Shown one piece after another: positions 12,001 to 18,966 of a stretch of DNA of 64,000 nt. Under the pieces are notes generated by a model. It saw nothing but the letters and a program-made list of their open reading frames with translations. It did no database searches and was not told where the DNA came from. The DNA is from a virus (taxonomy: Duplodnaviria > Caudoviricetes): positions 31,046 through 95,045 of the IMG/VR virus record IMGVR_UViG_3300044716_000122; one strand, given 5' to 3'. The position numbers were made by a program, and so were the translations under genes. Each line of letters begins with the position of its first letter. Within the stretch, counting starts at the first letter, position 1.

Positions 12001-12165
12001 TTGATCTATCTTATATTGAGTATAAGCACTAGGACCAGAAATTGCATTAATAGTATTTATTTCCTGTTCGTTACGTAATAGATCAGAATGTATTTGTTCA
12101 GAAGTTTTACCTGTTTTTGCAAGGTGTATCTTATCAATCTCGTTTCTTAGAGGATTAAAGGGCAT
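1..12165 (-). CDS. Giant virion-packaged RNA polymerase polyprotein (>4055 aa, truncated by the window edge), with an N-terminal ejection/membrane region, a zincin-like protease domain and a two-barrel RNAP
   Basis: ATG at 12165 (MPFNPLRNEIDK...). The frame is open at every place I translated and at the left edge, and the ORF track lists no minus-strand ORF in 1-12200, as expected if there is no stop. Catalytic motif GSDYDIDK (DYDID at 2376-2362) is preceded by RIPGQG. HEAWH lies at 6510-6496 with downstream EEKLAEDF. Gly/Ala-rich hydrophobic segments and EAFEE occur near 10200-10760. Confidence 0.92.
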   Translation of the reverse strand, partial: MPFNPLRNEIDKIHLAKTGKTSEQIHSDLLRNEQEINTINAISGPSAYTQYKIDQDKQIESGVSSILTSDLSLDKAKQSVEGQSFLKQAGDLAFGDLTAKMVDADAETKKNINSAASIFKKTLTEGTIEESQKALGELRDKYNKIANSTLSFVDKESLRKSYSDMVEQVNGINRSKRASKNFDAYLSENTLQDREKFLSTFDATNKRLSFALKSKQTKNEDIINQLADLESNRVGSRLYNPEDLAAYKASYFSTDQDLNAGMEMQYNYAIKNAADNKIYDYEKQISDIDNKIKDTYNQEQKNLLAIQKTSLNQELSYVKKLSEKLKPLTVEDTYLKSFYPEEYSRKKAKQKQEVFKNERLAEGDQGSWAETLSRNVGYYRSNVAKQLSGIHSLLDDPSGAYRLRSKADYIAPPTFFVGKDLNKNNKIDDSEITRDIHDNKVTFSQVSWTDKKGNTTWNFWSPAEQILPISMDVLNTVFLSKGIGMGARTAGFGWARVAGAAGLSEANTATFLKSVAPRISTMGTVTATTFPRFYAEERSNFKDGSTAFRVAGLRAIVEGLTESITPDVKLFDGGIAYGALDDVFAKLGKLDPTALSNLTRRRDILLGLVPKNSLSKFNAALLMAPTATRRLVSGATQEAFEEVAALAGNYLVDKYSTQQNFEVEETNKFNLSSTLDTFIEGFIPSLFISGATNLSSRNAMRQERLSQARWNIANNPEQYKQLIANRVSNQQITKEEGLKKTAAIDNIARRLDSMTELNNVKSLTNLLDDKELQFAHFNNRLFQEDLLNVDTTELSPEQVKSYEDLLANTSNSILSTVKLADKYVGLDETEKKSIISKLFETQANAATNADTNLSTLIGIAEQTRQSLLSVPVNDDRYTFVSEEYKKFQDKIDASIQERLGRFSQTLDTNPQNLTRLELQLAAHTFYPAVDRMNAIDAQYTLENSPLIQPTEPGPNAPELIQNILDELSTRQILNEGEFQFEATRNLQNPETKALQEKLLAIAELSPEELESGELEEGVHDHLTSSQRFDLAQQLELHKILKEQNPDELTALENQLNTIIYNDYGKAVLGLDANNTRAKILEMNKAAMEARLNAPIVNNFSPQPQEVPTPTQKPTPGKVLDVDQDVFDEYALLLSDLNDLVSNPDADIDEVKGQVSELIKNALRNLDNLENLNQVRSALLGLYPDDAQSIEDTFAKASEGIVDVSGLTFVTGKRKEFVQGVIAKLVSQTQVSQTATPEDIVNVPTTDEVIEEAPELITDSVIESDNYESAQETKAKEDKEFTIKGERGLHIATITTNKENQTVQDPAALLIDNIVTVYSEDTRANKVTDLDLRIQSVMGIYEFIFDAPKVERLKAFKEKSSLTEEEKTELVSLLTVNGVPIHNQPFMEYVKENPSKIGSGISSVFVNSDGELVRFTKLGKPSKAKTSLISVPVLPNKNVSPEMASVRKQATEGKIIVSSINGVVSGYGWGAQDARPLAKAVGENIYVHTDPISRTLTGAQKNYVLNPGSVHIVKEGARNPYTGVSIPTNGNTVQTLINAFNNGTLPQTLSESIRTDAAIFLDYMSQQVNSTFVKTKEGGAKSGMRFFKKANLYLTATSGNKIVVEYPVEGKDKKKYIKPSKNQQEDLLKLGESSYKLVSARLVEQNAPYTALVVKESGEVVTKNYNTYSDFVKSPEFGATFIREENRTLSFSPDYRVIEPNVSDVVDATNDNLPVQPAATQPIDAKAGIEKRRQEELSREENVELLYPLILEEFPTREQKERLAKNEQDQKTRQEKRDEINFRYDLEIAALEQPVAPTTSKIDRLRSTLNNLNTGEGPVKFNRNKTLRNNITKKQNEAAKNWVANHPIFKNTPFIFDNTISHPEAYAVWSKAGIFLFEGANYAEAYHEAWHEFSQLYLTPEQKAALYAEARSIYGDLSFVELEEKLAEDFRAYALSEGKVLPVSIAEAKESKSIFKQIWDFISNLLSDKKTVDHYFSRLYRGNLTQFKRKEANQYFIQLFSGKYVYEDEAGNITSLSYKDSKAFLDDLDSIYVYLANNMFANQNATLINVLSSPVAANKTYSYLAKSLLDDHDSLVEQYNKNNDESLLPTIENLRKILEDFNNVTQFHKTNSTLFSDNIRKQLVSEQIVSIEQANVEFATFEASVNEMSQKQIASQTLINALKTLPRYENGEIVLHPVYSVPRLSDFNINWNILQRRLSGSNSYEDLYSRLQELKEEYPQFQQFISYLPSPTESIDKRSSLNFKNEFYKIFSMPYIEGYTTEITRDEEGNIKETKIFQAQSLDAINLRSKFDTDFSLNPSAYSKRNNTTGTFYLDTDKYFATFPGVPTAPKDEEDFAEYNLSLLEMLKPLGFNLSPNAEELFVKENADVQERLVKLIYNKLKSLSQTQAYIMEPLSDLSSDHVNEEDVKVAGESGNVSSVIQYEVEANPQYVNDMRYNAVNKQIWSINQHTFMSKTLNVLNDGNLYPTLDEVYAELPHLNPQNNPNAKSSFVLSYLFNEGGKRRKDKYQGIEVPRKVELGNLLGIKDIEGEKTIDSNESQKHYSDIIGLTKAGIEEINRLSGKSTTRGLVFDRKLRDYLGLLPANNQADPFILSGADQVPYDLFIKRIVPLIEAEVQVTAKGSNKFKIDAYDTDGSPKLTYFHKIFTPEQRTALFSAFKSPASNMSLDKIFESINGNKDIYTRFGQYINSQANKSKIILGETYNLPDSELMKYHFFSAIGRIEQHKLFFGHPYYYKNVKDIEKRLSAWNAFGSYAIIDPQNLEYLESGQSGLSVNSGRDALHTYAQQNNIKVNPNRANIDQISYIVLKDEAVKSTTASKSKSYGENKDAYTNDKSSAKQDAAAFCTIDFFRKFYSISTGVTPEMMEEFKRQDDIYKKYLELQTAPDYAEDTVREELEALLNKKSTYKFTIKKLQYSGHNKIESGESVPVFHKYSMKPILPSEMVDNPELASILQKLHTSSADYAVFSSGTKISETIAPVSLFDGKGKVKSQAVPTGVVDLKYLKEQVLIENKEDFNSIFSTQFRKLVYKDATTESELAGYQEYKSIIENLTNFDKLNFLEQLQDKEKLVEFLIKEISKKNAAESTKDLLQLKTDNTLMYTLDSMIDRTIMESAIVASVKNQIIRQKIPGAQRVQYPVSLIRPSRKLKYYDIVDGKISKAEAIISFSKGYYPLLNLLSPIDNQPIGELDANGIPVNPYTALTRLNEALKDAQFRNTYASQLSMVAIRIPGQGYNTMENFEIVEFLPEESGEIILVPDEMVIKSGSDYDIDKLFCYDPSINNDGSMLIDRVSTPEDLIVRKKELLADLKETRELKRQYTEEKKELLDELGNILTTNGFDASSRLGNLYQELKSLKGVSEGELMDAGVTEGDLETLRKKFSGELVPEKQQKSAETIDKIRRIKNVLRTTSEKELSNSLADLNEWVGDLVKEEKSLLQDLKNLRNGYANALLLNISNRLSQPEIFEALITPNTIETIDKAVKEFGTKSDSTTASLTNLISPIYQLYVFSLNTYKTALGTDAKNNVFHSLLQKTTFYREDEKSVRRYLLESNRTTDGYIDFSRVNNVDGTRISKMSGETISAHVDIEKNDGIASIGLNNLITPVVNYVLMAGTRFNDIVNLINKPSVIDGKKFRSSILDYSKGKSLEDILETILERVPENSLEATLINNSRNKYGAISRNKFISNVYSQMYAKTTQETAREELFNKEEPLFDVRRLAVFLELEDQTRDLATISLAVDYDTFSPQNFESFRSASLELIPYLKEGGEKSTIFNRQGLLDVIGNTVVSPFQVQQGVLDKFVEVFPISANPKITNRILRQFAVAKETNRKLDYDRYSRVFKNDLLYALFLNNVPQAGMFEQFLDKKNPGNIGSLYTNLKSRLIQRGITAENDIFGLVSINSDINSTFVRTGLKQTELEFSVDIYKEEFEKGFNWSHPSLDPTNLSDAQLIADMQGFFKAFAYAGILGTQLNKKFDSYLPLIPESIYTFPMSSVITNFISSYEAQLEEGTSEFMDSFTARFKENHPELYGSKNIPVTLNYYKDYNLSRKNIIDLTTISQSELTLKD

Positions 12166-12207
12166 AGTTAAGTAAGTTTAATATTTAATATTTATTGATA
12201 GATAAAT

Positions 12208-13809
12208 TTATTCTTCGTCCTCTACAACATCCGTTAGAGGATTAACCTGTTGAGCAGCAGTAAGGAAAGGATTGGCTTTACGTCTACCTGAATAAGTTTC
12301 TACTGTATTGCTTCTAGCCATACTTTTTATAATATCTAAGTCAGAAACATATAAGTCTTTAATGTTTTCTCCAGTAACTAGCATAGTCTGACCCTCCTTT
12401 AACTCCACAACATAAGAATCAGTATCTTTAACATTTTTTAAATAAGTTAAGAAAGATTCTACAATAGCCTTCTGTGGGCCCGAAGGAGTAACATTAAGTA
12501 CTTTAGATGGGTCACTAAGTATCTCAGAGACACGTAGTTTATCTATATCAAGGTTAGTAGTATTCATATCAAACATCATTGGAACATTATAAAAGTCCTG
12601 CTGGTCAACTTTTGCCATACTCATAAGTTCTTTTTTCTGCTTAAGAAGATTTTCTGGTTTTTGTCTTTCAAGTTTTTGTTTATACTCCTCTTTAATTAAA
12701 TCGTTTTGAAAAGCCCTAGTTTGTCTAGCATCTGCTCTAGCTTCTTTCCAATATTCATTACTAATAAGATCTCTGCTTACTTTTTTAGTAGCATACATGT
12801 TACCCATGTTTGTAGCAAACATATCTTCATAGATTTCCATATATTCTCCTAAGTCAAAATCCTCTAAAGTAGTAGCAGCCTTCTGTTCAGCTAGTAACCT
12901 AGACTGCTCATAGTAAACTGCTCTTTGTTTGGTCTGTTCTAGTTGTGCTTTAACTGTAGCTGAACCTGTAGTATTGTAAACTTGTTGGAGTCGATCTGTC
13001 TCTGCCCTAAACAATTCAGCATTTTTAGCAGCTGTAGTAGCTTTAGCTTGCATATCTTCTACGTAACCTTGGTGAGCACTTTCTGTTCCGACTTGCTCTA
13101 GACTATAGCCAGCATCCATTTGAAACTGACGTACTTTATTAGGATCACTAGCAATAAATGATTTAAATTTATTAGCTAAATCTGTAGTGTTATATCCTTC
13201 TTCTGTTACCTTTTCTATATAAGCAGGTCCAAATCCAGAATTCATATTAAAAGATTCTTCTTGATCAGGTTTTTGAGTTTTCATAAACTCCATCCAATCT
13301 TTAGAAAGATCTACATAAGGAGTATACTCTTTACCATAGCCAATCTTTTGACCTAATTTACCACTCTTCATGTAGTCTTGAACATCCTTCATATAAAAAT
13401 AATCATTAACTACACTACGTTCTCCTGGCTTCATCTTAGTTAACTGATCTTGTCTACGAGCTACTTCTTTTCCATTAGAGATAGCAGTAGTTATATACTG
13501 ATCTCTCTCTAAAGGTTTACCTACGTTTAGTACTGCTTGTACATTTGCTTTGTTAGAGAAGTCTAATCCTGCACTATTACTAATAGACTTAACCAAGTTA
13601 CCCATAGACTTATCAAAATATTCTTTCTCTACATCTGTAAGGATAGAACTTCTAAGACTATTGTAAGTATCGAGATTCTGTTGTATTTTAAATACACCCT
13701 CATCATACATCTCTTGTTTCTTTTGAGCAAACTTAAGTAAGTCGTCTGCTGGTAAAGGCGAGATATAATCTGGATATACAAATTTAGTATGTTGTGCTGA
13801 AATTGGCAT
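12208..13809 (-). CDS. Internal virion/ejected (cargo) protein, helical
   Basis: 533-aa coiled-coil-rich ORF directly upstream of the vRNAP gene, the position of ejection proteins in crAss-like phages. Confidence 0.6.
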   Translation of the reverse strand: MPISAQHTKFVYPDYISPLPADDLLKFAQKKQEMYDEGVFKIQQNLDTYNSLRSSILTDVEKEYFDKSMGNLVKSISNSAGLDFSNKANVQAVLNVGKPLERDQYITTAISNGKEVARRQDQLTKMKPGERSVVNDYFYMKDVQDYMKSGKLGQKIGYGKEYTPYVDLSKDWMEFMKTQKPDQEESFNMNSGFGPAYIEKVTEEGYNTTDLANKFKSFIASDPNKVRQFQMDAGYSLEQVGTESAHQGYVEDMQAKATTAAKNAELFRAETDRLQQVYNTTGSATVKAQLEQTKQRAVYYEQSRLLAEQKAATTLEDFDLGEYMEIYEDMFATNMGNMYATKKVSRDLISNEYWKEARADARQTRAFQNDLIKEEYKQKLERQKPENLLKQKKELMSMAKVDQQDFYNVPMMFDMNTTNLDIDKLRVSEILSDPSKVLNVTPSGPQKAIVESFLTYLKNVKDTDSYVVELKEGQTMLVTGENIKDLYVSDLDIIKSMARSNTVETYSGRRKANPFLTAAQQVNPLTDVVEDEE

Positions 13810-13812
13810 GGT

Positions 13813-16179
13813 TTAATATTTAGATTTTTTATACATTCCTTTTTTAGCCTTAGCAGCTACTGGAGGAGTTACTGCGGGTGTTACCGCAGGCTTTGCAGGA
13901 GTTACTGCTGCATTCTTGGCTTCTTGTTCTTTTATGTAGTTATACATATCAAACATATATTTTGCATCTTGGGGCATTGATGGATTTCCAGTAGAATTCC
14001 AGTTAAAGGTAGGGGATAAAATTGGAATACCCAAAGCTTTTAAACTTTCATCTTGTTCAAATTTAGCTTTATTAGTTACAAGACTTGCAACAGCTGCTTG
14101 TTTTTCTGCAGATTGTGCATCCCTAGCTTGAGCTATTTGATTATTATATACACGATCAAATGCTCCTGCATTAAATTGATCTGCTTGAAAACTCATTTGT
14201 GCATTAGCCATATCTGCCCTTGTTCTTCCCTCTGCATCATAATTCTGTTTGGTTTGGAAAGCCTTTTGTTTAGCATCTAATCCTGCAATGTAAGCCATGT
14301 TAGGATCTGCTCCTGCTCTCATTGCAGCTGTTCCCATGTTGTCTATATCTTGAAGTTCGCTTTGAATATTTAAAGTCTGGGGACGAAGATAAGGAGCATC
14401 TATCTCAGGAATAGCATAAGAATAAATTTCTTGTGCTTGAGCAAGTCCCATAGCTTGGGGAATTGCTTGATACAAAGGAAACTGCCCAGGAGTATATTTA
14501 CCTGTCTTTCCAGGAGTTACATCATTTATTTTTGTTCCATCAGGAGGAGTACCACTACTACCTTCTGGAGGAGTTACTGGCTTTTCTGGGGGAATAGGTT
14601 TTGCATCTAAGTGTTCAAATCCAAAAGCTTTATCATTTCCTTTCTTAGGTCTAAATTGTCCTTCAGGTAAATACTTTTGAAACTTAGGATAAAATACACT
14701 CTCCCTAAAGTAATCATCATTGTAGAGTTTGCTAGCGTCATTAATATCATAACTACTAGGATCTACTCCTAAAATTTCAAATGCTTTCTTACGAGTATCT
14801 AATTCGTTTAATTTTCCTGCTTCTTCTTTTCCTAAACGTTCTCTAACTATTTTTTGCTCAAAGTCTTGAGGAGAAAGTCCTGCATTAAATCCTTTAACCT
14901 GAGGTGCTCCTGCAATTCTTGAATTAGAACTTTGTACTAGGTTTGTAATACCATAAGCCTCTGCCGCTTTTGCTATGTTACTCTTAGCATCAAAGTCTAA
15001 GTTAGAAGGAATCTCTAATCTATATACTCCTAGACTTTTATCTGTTTTTTGGAAACCTGGATCCCATTTAGCATATTGCCTAAGTTCTGGCGGTAAAGTT
15101 GTAATATCTGGTTGAGGATTTTTCTTACCCCCACCATCCATTTGTAGAGTCTGTGCTTCTTGGACATTTCCTCCGTATTGCATTTCTGCAAGTATTTTAT
15201 CTTGCACACTTTGAGGAAGTGCTCTGAAGCCTGCATTGTTTATGCCTGCTCCATTCTTTGCTTCTAACTCTCCATTAGAATTACCATTAAGAGCTTGTTG
15301 ATCATTAAACAAACTATCAAGTATTTTCTGGTTACGTTGCATCATAATACCCGCAGTATCTTTATCTACCTGTTTAGCAAAAGGATTATCAAGAGTCTTC
15401 TTATATGATGTAAGGTCATAGTTCTTAGCCATTTGAGCAAAGGTTTTCTTAGAACCTTCTGGCTTTAGACTGTTAGAATATACACGAGTTTGATCAGGAA
15501 GGTTTGTAGGTATACCTCCATTAGAATGAGAAGGGCCTATTGCCATTTCTGTTTCAAAGTTTGGAAGTTGGATAAATTCTCCACCTTCGATCTCTACGTT
15601 ATTGTTTCCTCCAGAAGAATAACGTTTGTTTATTTTTGCACCCATTTCTGCTTTAATTGTAGGTTGATATTCTGTACCCCCACTTGTTGTACGACCATAC
15701 ATATAGTTGTAATCGTAAAGAGGTTTTGATTTTCTTTGTTGTATTGACTCGTTAAGTTTACGTTGATTTTCTAAATCTTGATTGTATCCAAGAGCAGAAT
15801 CTATTCCTAGTAGTCCTAAACCTACAAGTGCATCTTCCTGTCCTTTAAACTGATCAAAAAAGTTTTTATCTAAAGAACCTGAATCTACAGTCTTAGTTAA
15901 CTCATCTGACTTAGAAAACCTTTGATCTTCTGTAGGTACTTGCTCTTTCCCTAATGTAACAAAAGAAGATGAGTTTAAATTAGGTATTTTGATTTCTGGA
16001 TTAACCTTCTTCTGCCAATCATATTTCTCTAGCTCACTAGGAATAAACCCAGGAATATTAAGAAGTTCTCCTGCATTATCTGGATTATCTGTAAGTTGTG
16101 GATTAGACAAGTTAGTGGCTTTAGGATTAAGATCCTCTCCTCCATTACCAAATCTTTTAAATAAGCGATTTCTTAACAT
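13813..16179 (-). CDS. Internal virion (cargo) protein with xxGG motifs
   Basis: 788 aa; VEIEGGE...GPSHSNGG motif, several xxGG/xxGA motifs, Gln/Ala-rich helical C-terminal part. Confidence 0.6.
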   Translation of the reverse strand: MLRNRLFKRFGNGGEDLNPKATNLSNPQLTDNPDNAGELLNIPGFIPSELEKYDWQKKVNPEIKIPNLNSSSFVTLGKEQVPTEDQRFSKSDELTKTVDSGSLDKNFFDQFKGQEDALVGLGLLGIDSALGYNQDLENQRKLNESIQQRKSKPLYDYNYMYGRTTSGGTEYQPTIKAEMGAKINKRYSSGGNNNVEIEGGEFIQLPNFETEMAIGPSHSNGGIPTNLPDQTRVYSNSLKPEGSKKTFAQMAKNYDLTSYKKTLDNPFAKQVDKDTAGIMMQRNQKILDSLFNDQQALNGNSNGELEAKNGAGINNAGFRALPQSVQDKILAEMQYGGNVQEAQTLQMDGGGKKNPQPDITTLPPELRQYAKWDPGFQKTDKSLGVYRLEIPSNLDFDAKSNIAKAAEAYGITNLVQSSNSRIAGAPQVKGFNAGLSPQDFEQKIVRERLGKEEAGKLNELDTRKKAFEILGVDPSSYDINDASKLYNDDYFRESVFYPKFQKYLPEGQFRPKKGNDKAFGFEHLDAKPIPPEKPVTPPEGSSGTPPDGTKINDVTPGKTGKYTPGQFPLYQAIPQAMGLAQAQEIYSYAIPEIDAPYLRPQTLNIQSELQDIDNMGTAAMRAGADPNMAYIAGLDAKQKAFQTKQNYDAEGRTRADMANAQMSFQADQFNAGAFDRVYNNQIAQARDAQSAEKQAAVASLVTNKAKFEQDESLKALGIPILSPTFNWNSTGNPSMPQDAKYMFDMYNYIKEQEAKNAAVTPAKPAVTPAVTPPVAAKAKKGMYKKSKY

Positions 16180-16242
16180 GTTTTAATTATTTATGTTATT
16201 AACATAGAAGGTTAATAACTGCTTGAGTTTAAGCTAGTTATA

Positions 16243-16272
16243 CAAATATACAAGATTAAGATAAAAAAGCAA
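16243..16272 (-). promoter_or_regulatory. Bacteroidota sigma-A type promoter
   Basis: TTG-N19-TATATTTG on the minus strand upstream of the gene starting at 16179. Confidence 0.7.
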
Positions 16273-16291
16273 GGGTTGATTTCTCAACCCT
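16263..16291 (-). terminator. Intrinsic terminator
   Basis: AGGGTTGA/TCAACCCT 8-bp stem with 4-nt loop, followed by a T-run on the minus strand. Confidence 0.6.
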
Positions 16292-16436
16292 GTCCTCTAC
16301 TTTTCTTGAGATAATTTTTGCTAGACTTTGACTTAGATGCCTTAGTCTTTGCTACAACTCCTTTTCTTCTTACCTTAGGTTTAACCTTGAACTTTGAAGA
16401 TGAAGATGTATTTGATTTAGATGCTTTAGCGGCCAT
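16284..16436 (-). CDS. Small highly basic protein (50 aa, not in ORF track)
   Basis: MAAKASKSNTSSSSKFKVKPKVRRKGVVAKTKASKSKSSKNYLKKSRGQG*, with an A-rich leader; fills the intergenic gap. Confidence 0.7.
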   Translation of the reverse strand: MAAKASKSNTSSSSKFKVKPKVRRKGVVAKTKASKSKSSKNYLKKSRGQG

Positions 16437-16459
16437 GTATTTAGGTTTAGTTTTTTAGT

Positions 16460-17032
16460 TTAGCATTTCCAGCGTTTACGTGCTTGACGTATTCTGCTGT
16501 TAGGATCATTCTGTGTAGCCTGTGAAGACTGACGTAACTGACCTAATGAACGAGCACAGTAAGATTTTCTACGACCAGCTGCTTTACTTCCTGCTTTAAC
16601 CTTACCTGTAACTGCTGTACTTAGTTTAGATCCAGGGTTAGCTCTACGATAAGCCATAACTCCTTTTTGAGTCATACCTGCTCCTGACTTAGTAGGACGA
16701 TAGTTTGCTCCTGGTCCTTTAGTAGTCTTAGCAATAGTTCCCCCTTTAGCCATATAAGCTGCTTTAAGTCTACCACCAGCCATAAACTTGTATCCGTACT
16801 TAGAAGCATCTTGTCTAGCCTCAGATACATTTCCTTTATTAGCTGCTACGAATCTTGCCTTAGCAACTGCTGTAGGCATCTTACCACCATCAGCCATTTC
16901 ACGTTTAATCTTACGTTCTTGTTTAAGCATCTCTGGAGTAGGCTTCTTTCCAGAACCTCTCTTTGCACGGATGTTATCCCACAAACCTCGTTGTGAATAA
17001 GACCCATCTTTACGTTTTATCATCTGTTTCAT
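16460..17032 (-). CDS. Basic internal virion protein, DUF6321-like C-terminal domain
   Basis: K/R-rich; GMTQKGV..YRRANPGSKL...RRKSYCAR...NSRIRQARKRWKC motif; three xxGG motifs. Confidence 0.65.
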   Translation of the reverse strand: MKQMIKRKDGSYSQRGLWDNIRAKRGSGKKPTPEMLKQERKIKREMADGGKMPTAVAKARFVAANKGNVSEARQDASKYGYKFMAGGRLKAAYMAKGGTIAKTTKGPGANYRPTKSGAGMTQKGVMAYRRANPGSKLSTAVTGKVKAGSKAAGRRKSYCARSLGQLRQSSQATQNDPNSRIRQARKRWKC

Positions 17033-18957
17033 TTTTTTACTTTTGATTTAGCTAGGAAAGAAGATAAGTCATACTTTACCTTTTCTCTATTGAATTGTTT
17101 AGATAGTTGGTTAGCCAACTTTAATCTATTTGATTTACTTTCTACTCTACGAAGGATACTAGCTATTCCGTCAACCATTTCTTTATCATCAGAGTGATCT
17201 ACTTTACCTCCATTCTTTTGTTTCATATAAACAGGTTTACCTGAAGCATCTTTCTTATAATAGAATCTATCATAAAAGTCGTAAGGTTTTCTATTGCTTC
17301 CGTAAACCACTTTATCCATTAAAGGCATATTAAAATCATAAGTGTCATACATAGACACATAATCACCTTTCTCATCAGTTCCTTGAGATAGTTTAAATTG
17401 TTGTACAGGATCAGTTTCACTAAAAGGTAAGTCCTCAGAGTTTAAAGCTGGATTAGAAACAAAAGGAGCCAAAGACTTCATTCGTACACTTTTTCCAGGT
17501 TTCCCTTTAGTTTTATCCATGTAAGCATTAATTAACTTCTGTGGATCATACACATTATTTAAAGAATAGTATTCTGTATTAGGATCTTCCGAGTTACTAG
17601 GTTTGTACTTAGAAGGAGTTAAGTACTTAGACTTAGTAGGTAAACCTAAAGCTGTTCTCCATGCTTCTTCTCCTATTGAATAATCTCCTTCTTGATCCCT
17701 ACTTGGAGAAGCACTGTTTCCGAATAAGCCACCTATTGCTTCAGGAATACTTGGATAAGATACTGGACGGTAGTTATTAAACATAGCTTCTTTACTAACG
17801 TCTCCTACTTTTTGAGCAACTCTATTTACTCCTTTTGCTGTAGTAGCTACACCTGCTGCAAGTTGGGGATTGTTTCCTACTATTTTAGAAAACATATTTC
17901 CAAAGAAGTTAGATACTTTAGAAGCAGAGTTTGCAAGAGTATTCATCTCTCTATCTGCAGTAGTACCTCTTTTGGTGTATTCTTTACTTCCTACTCTTGT
18001 GTTAGCCTTAATATATACAGGTTGCATCCTGTCAGGAGAACTAGGCGTAGAAGTTTCTGGACCAGATGTAACTCCTCCATTAGGCATCTGACGTTTTTGA
18101 GAGTTTACCATGCCATCCTTAGCTTTACGCAGTCTTCCACCATCTTTTAATTGATTAATATCTACACCTTGATATGGTATATCACTAACAGAGCCATACT
18201 TCTGCAAAGCCTTAGCTTTGTTTTCATTTGACATATAGTTAAACTGTTGAATAACAGGTTTATTATAGCCAATCTTTTTTACAGGGGGTTCTATTGGAGT
18301 AACTGGTAAAGGAGTTTGTACTACATCAGGAATAATTTCTGGTTTATTATAAATAGGTTGTGATACCTTAGTTAATATTGATTTTTTAGATGGTGTTGGT
18401 TTTGTGTTTACTTTATAATATATAGGTGCTACAGGTTTTTTAAATCTAGCATACCCAATAAACATATCATCTCCACTCCTGTTATTCAAATGACTTCCAG
18501 GAACTATTTCATTATTTTTAAAGTTTACTTTATAATCTTGTCTATCATTACCAAAAATTTTTTCTGTTAATGTTAATGGTTTTTGAATATAACTTTCATA
18601 AGAGTTTTGATAAGGATTCATCAAATAACCATTAGGGCCACGATAAGCATCCAACTTTGTAAGAGATACAGTGTCACTTTTTATATTATAATTTTTTCTA
18701 AAGTCTGCATTTTTAGGACTTCTAGCACTATCCATAATTTTTTTAATAGATCTATATCTATCTTCACCATAATTATAGGCACTCATACTATCATTAAATT
18801 TTAATAGTCTAGGATCTCTTGGATTTGATGTATATCTCGAAGGTAATGTTCCACCATTAGGCATCTTACGCTTCTTAGAATTCTTATACGCACCCTTAAG
18901 TCTTGAACCTGAGGGTGCATTAGAAATTATAGAACCATTTACTTCTGGAATAAACAT
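17029..18957 (-). CDS. Modular internal virion protein with xxGG motifs
   Basis: 642 aa; MPNGG twice, LKDGG, KAKDG and QKNGG separate unrelated segments. Confidence 0.55.
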   Translation of the reverse strand: MFIPEVNGSIISNAPSGSRLKGAYKNSKKRKMPNGGTLPSRYTSNPRDPRLLKFNDSMSAYNYGEDRYRSIKKIMDSARSPKNADFRKNYNIKSDTVSLTKLDAYRGPNGYLMNPYQNSYESYIQKPLTLTEKIFGNDRQDYKVNFKNNEIVPGSHLNNRSGDDMFIGYARFKKPVAPIYYKVNTKPTPSKKSILTKVSQPIYNKPEIIPDVVQTPLPVTPIEPPVKKIGYNKPVIQQFNYMSNENKAKALQKYGSVSDIPYQGVDINQLKDGGRLRKAKDGMVNSQKRQMPNGGVTSGPETSTPSSPDRMQPVYIKANTRVGSKEYTKRGTTADREMNTLANSASKVSNFFGNMFSKIVGNNPQLAAGVATTAKGVNRVAQKVGDVSKEAMFNNYRPVSYPSIPEAIGGLFGNSASPSRDQEGDYSIGEEAWRTALGLPTKSKYLTPSKYKPSNSEDPNTEYYSLNNVYDPQKLINAYMDKTKGKPGKSVRMKSLAPFVSNPALNSEDLPFSETDPVQQFKLSQGTDEKGDYVSMYDTYDFNMPLMDKVVYGSNRKPYDFYDRFYYKKDASGKPVYMKQKNGGKVDHSDDKEMVDGIASILRRVESKSNRLKLANQLSKQFNREKVKYDLSSFLAKSKVKK

Positions 18958-18966
18958 TACTTTTTA

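Noticed and set aside
1-12200. Apparent 12-kb gene desert, or stop-codon recoding as known in some crAss-like phages
   Set aside because: It is one open minus-strand frame truncated by the window. TAG (36612, 43705) and TGA (42544) end genes normally, so the standard code fits.
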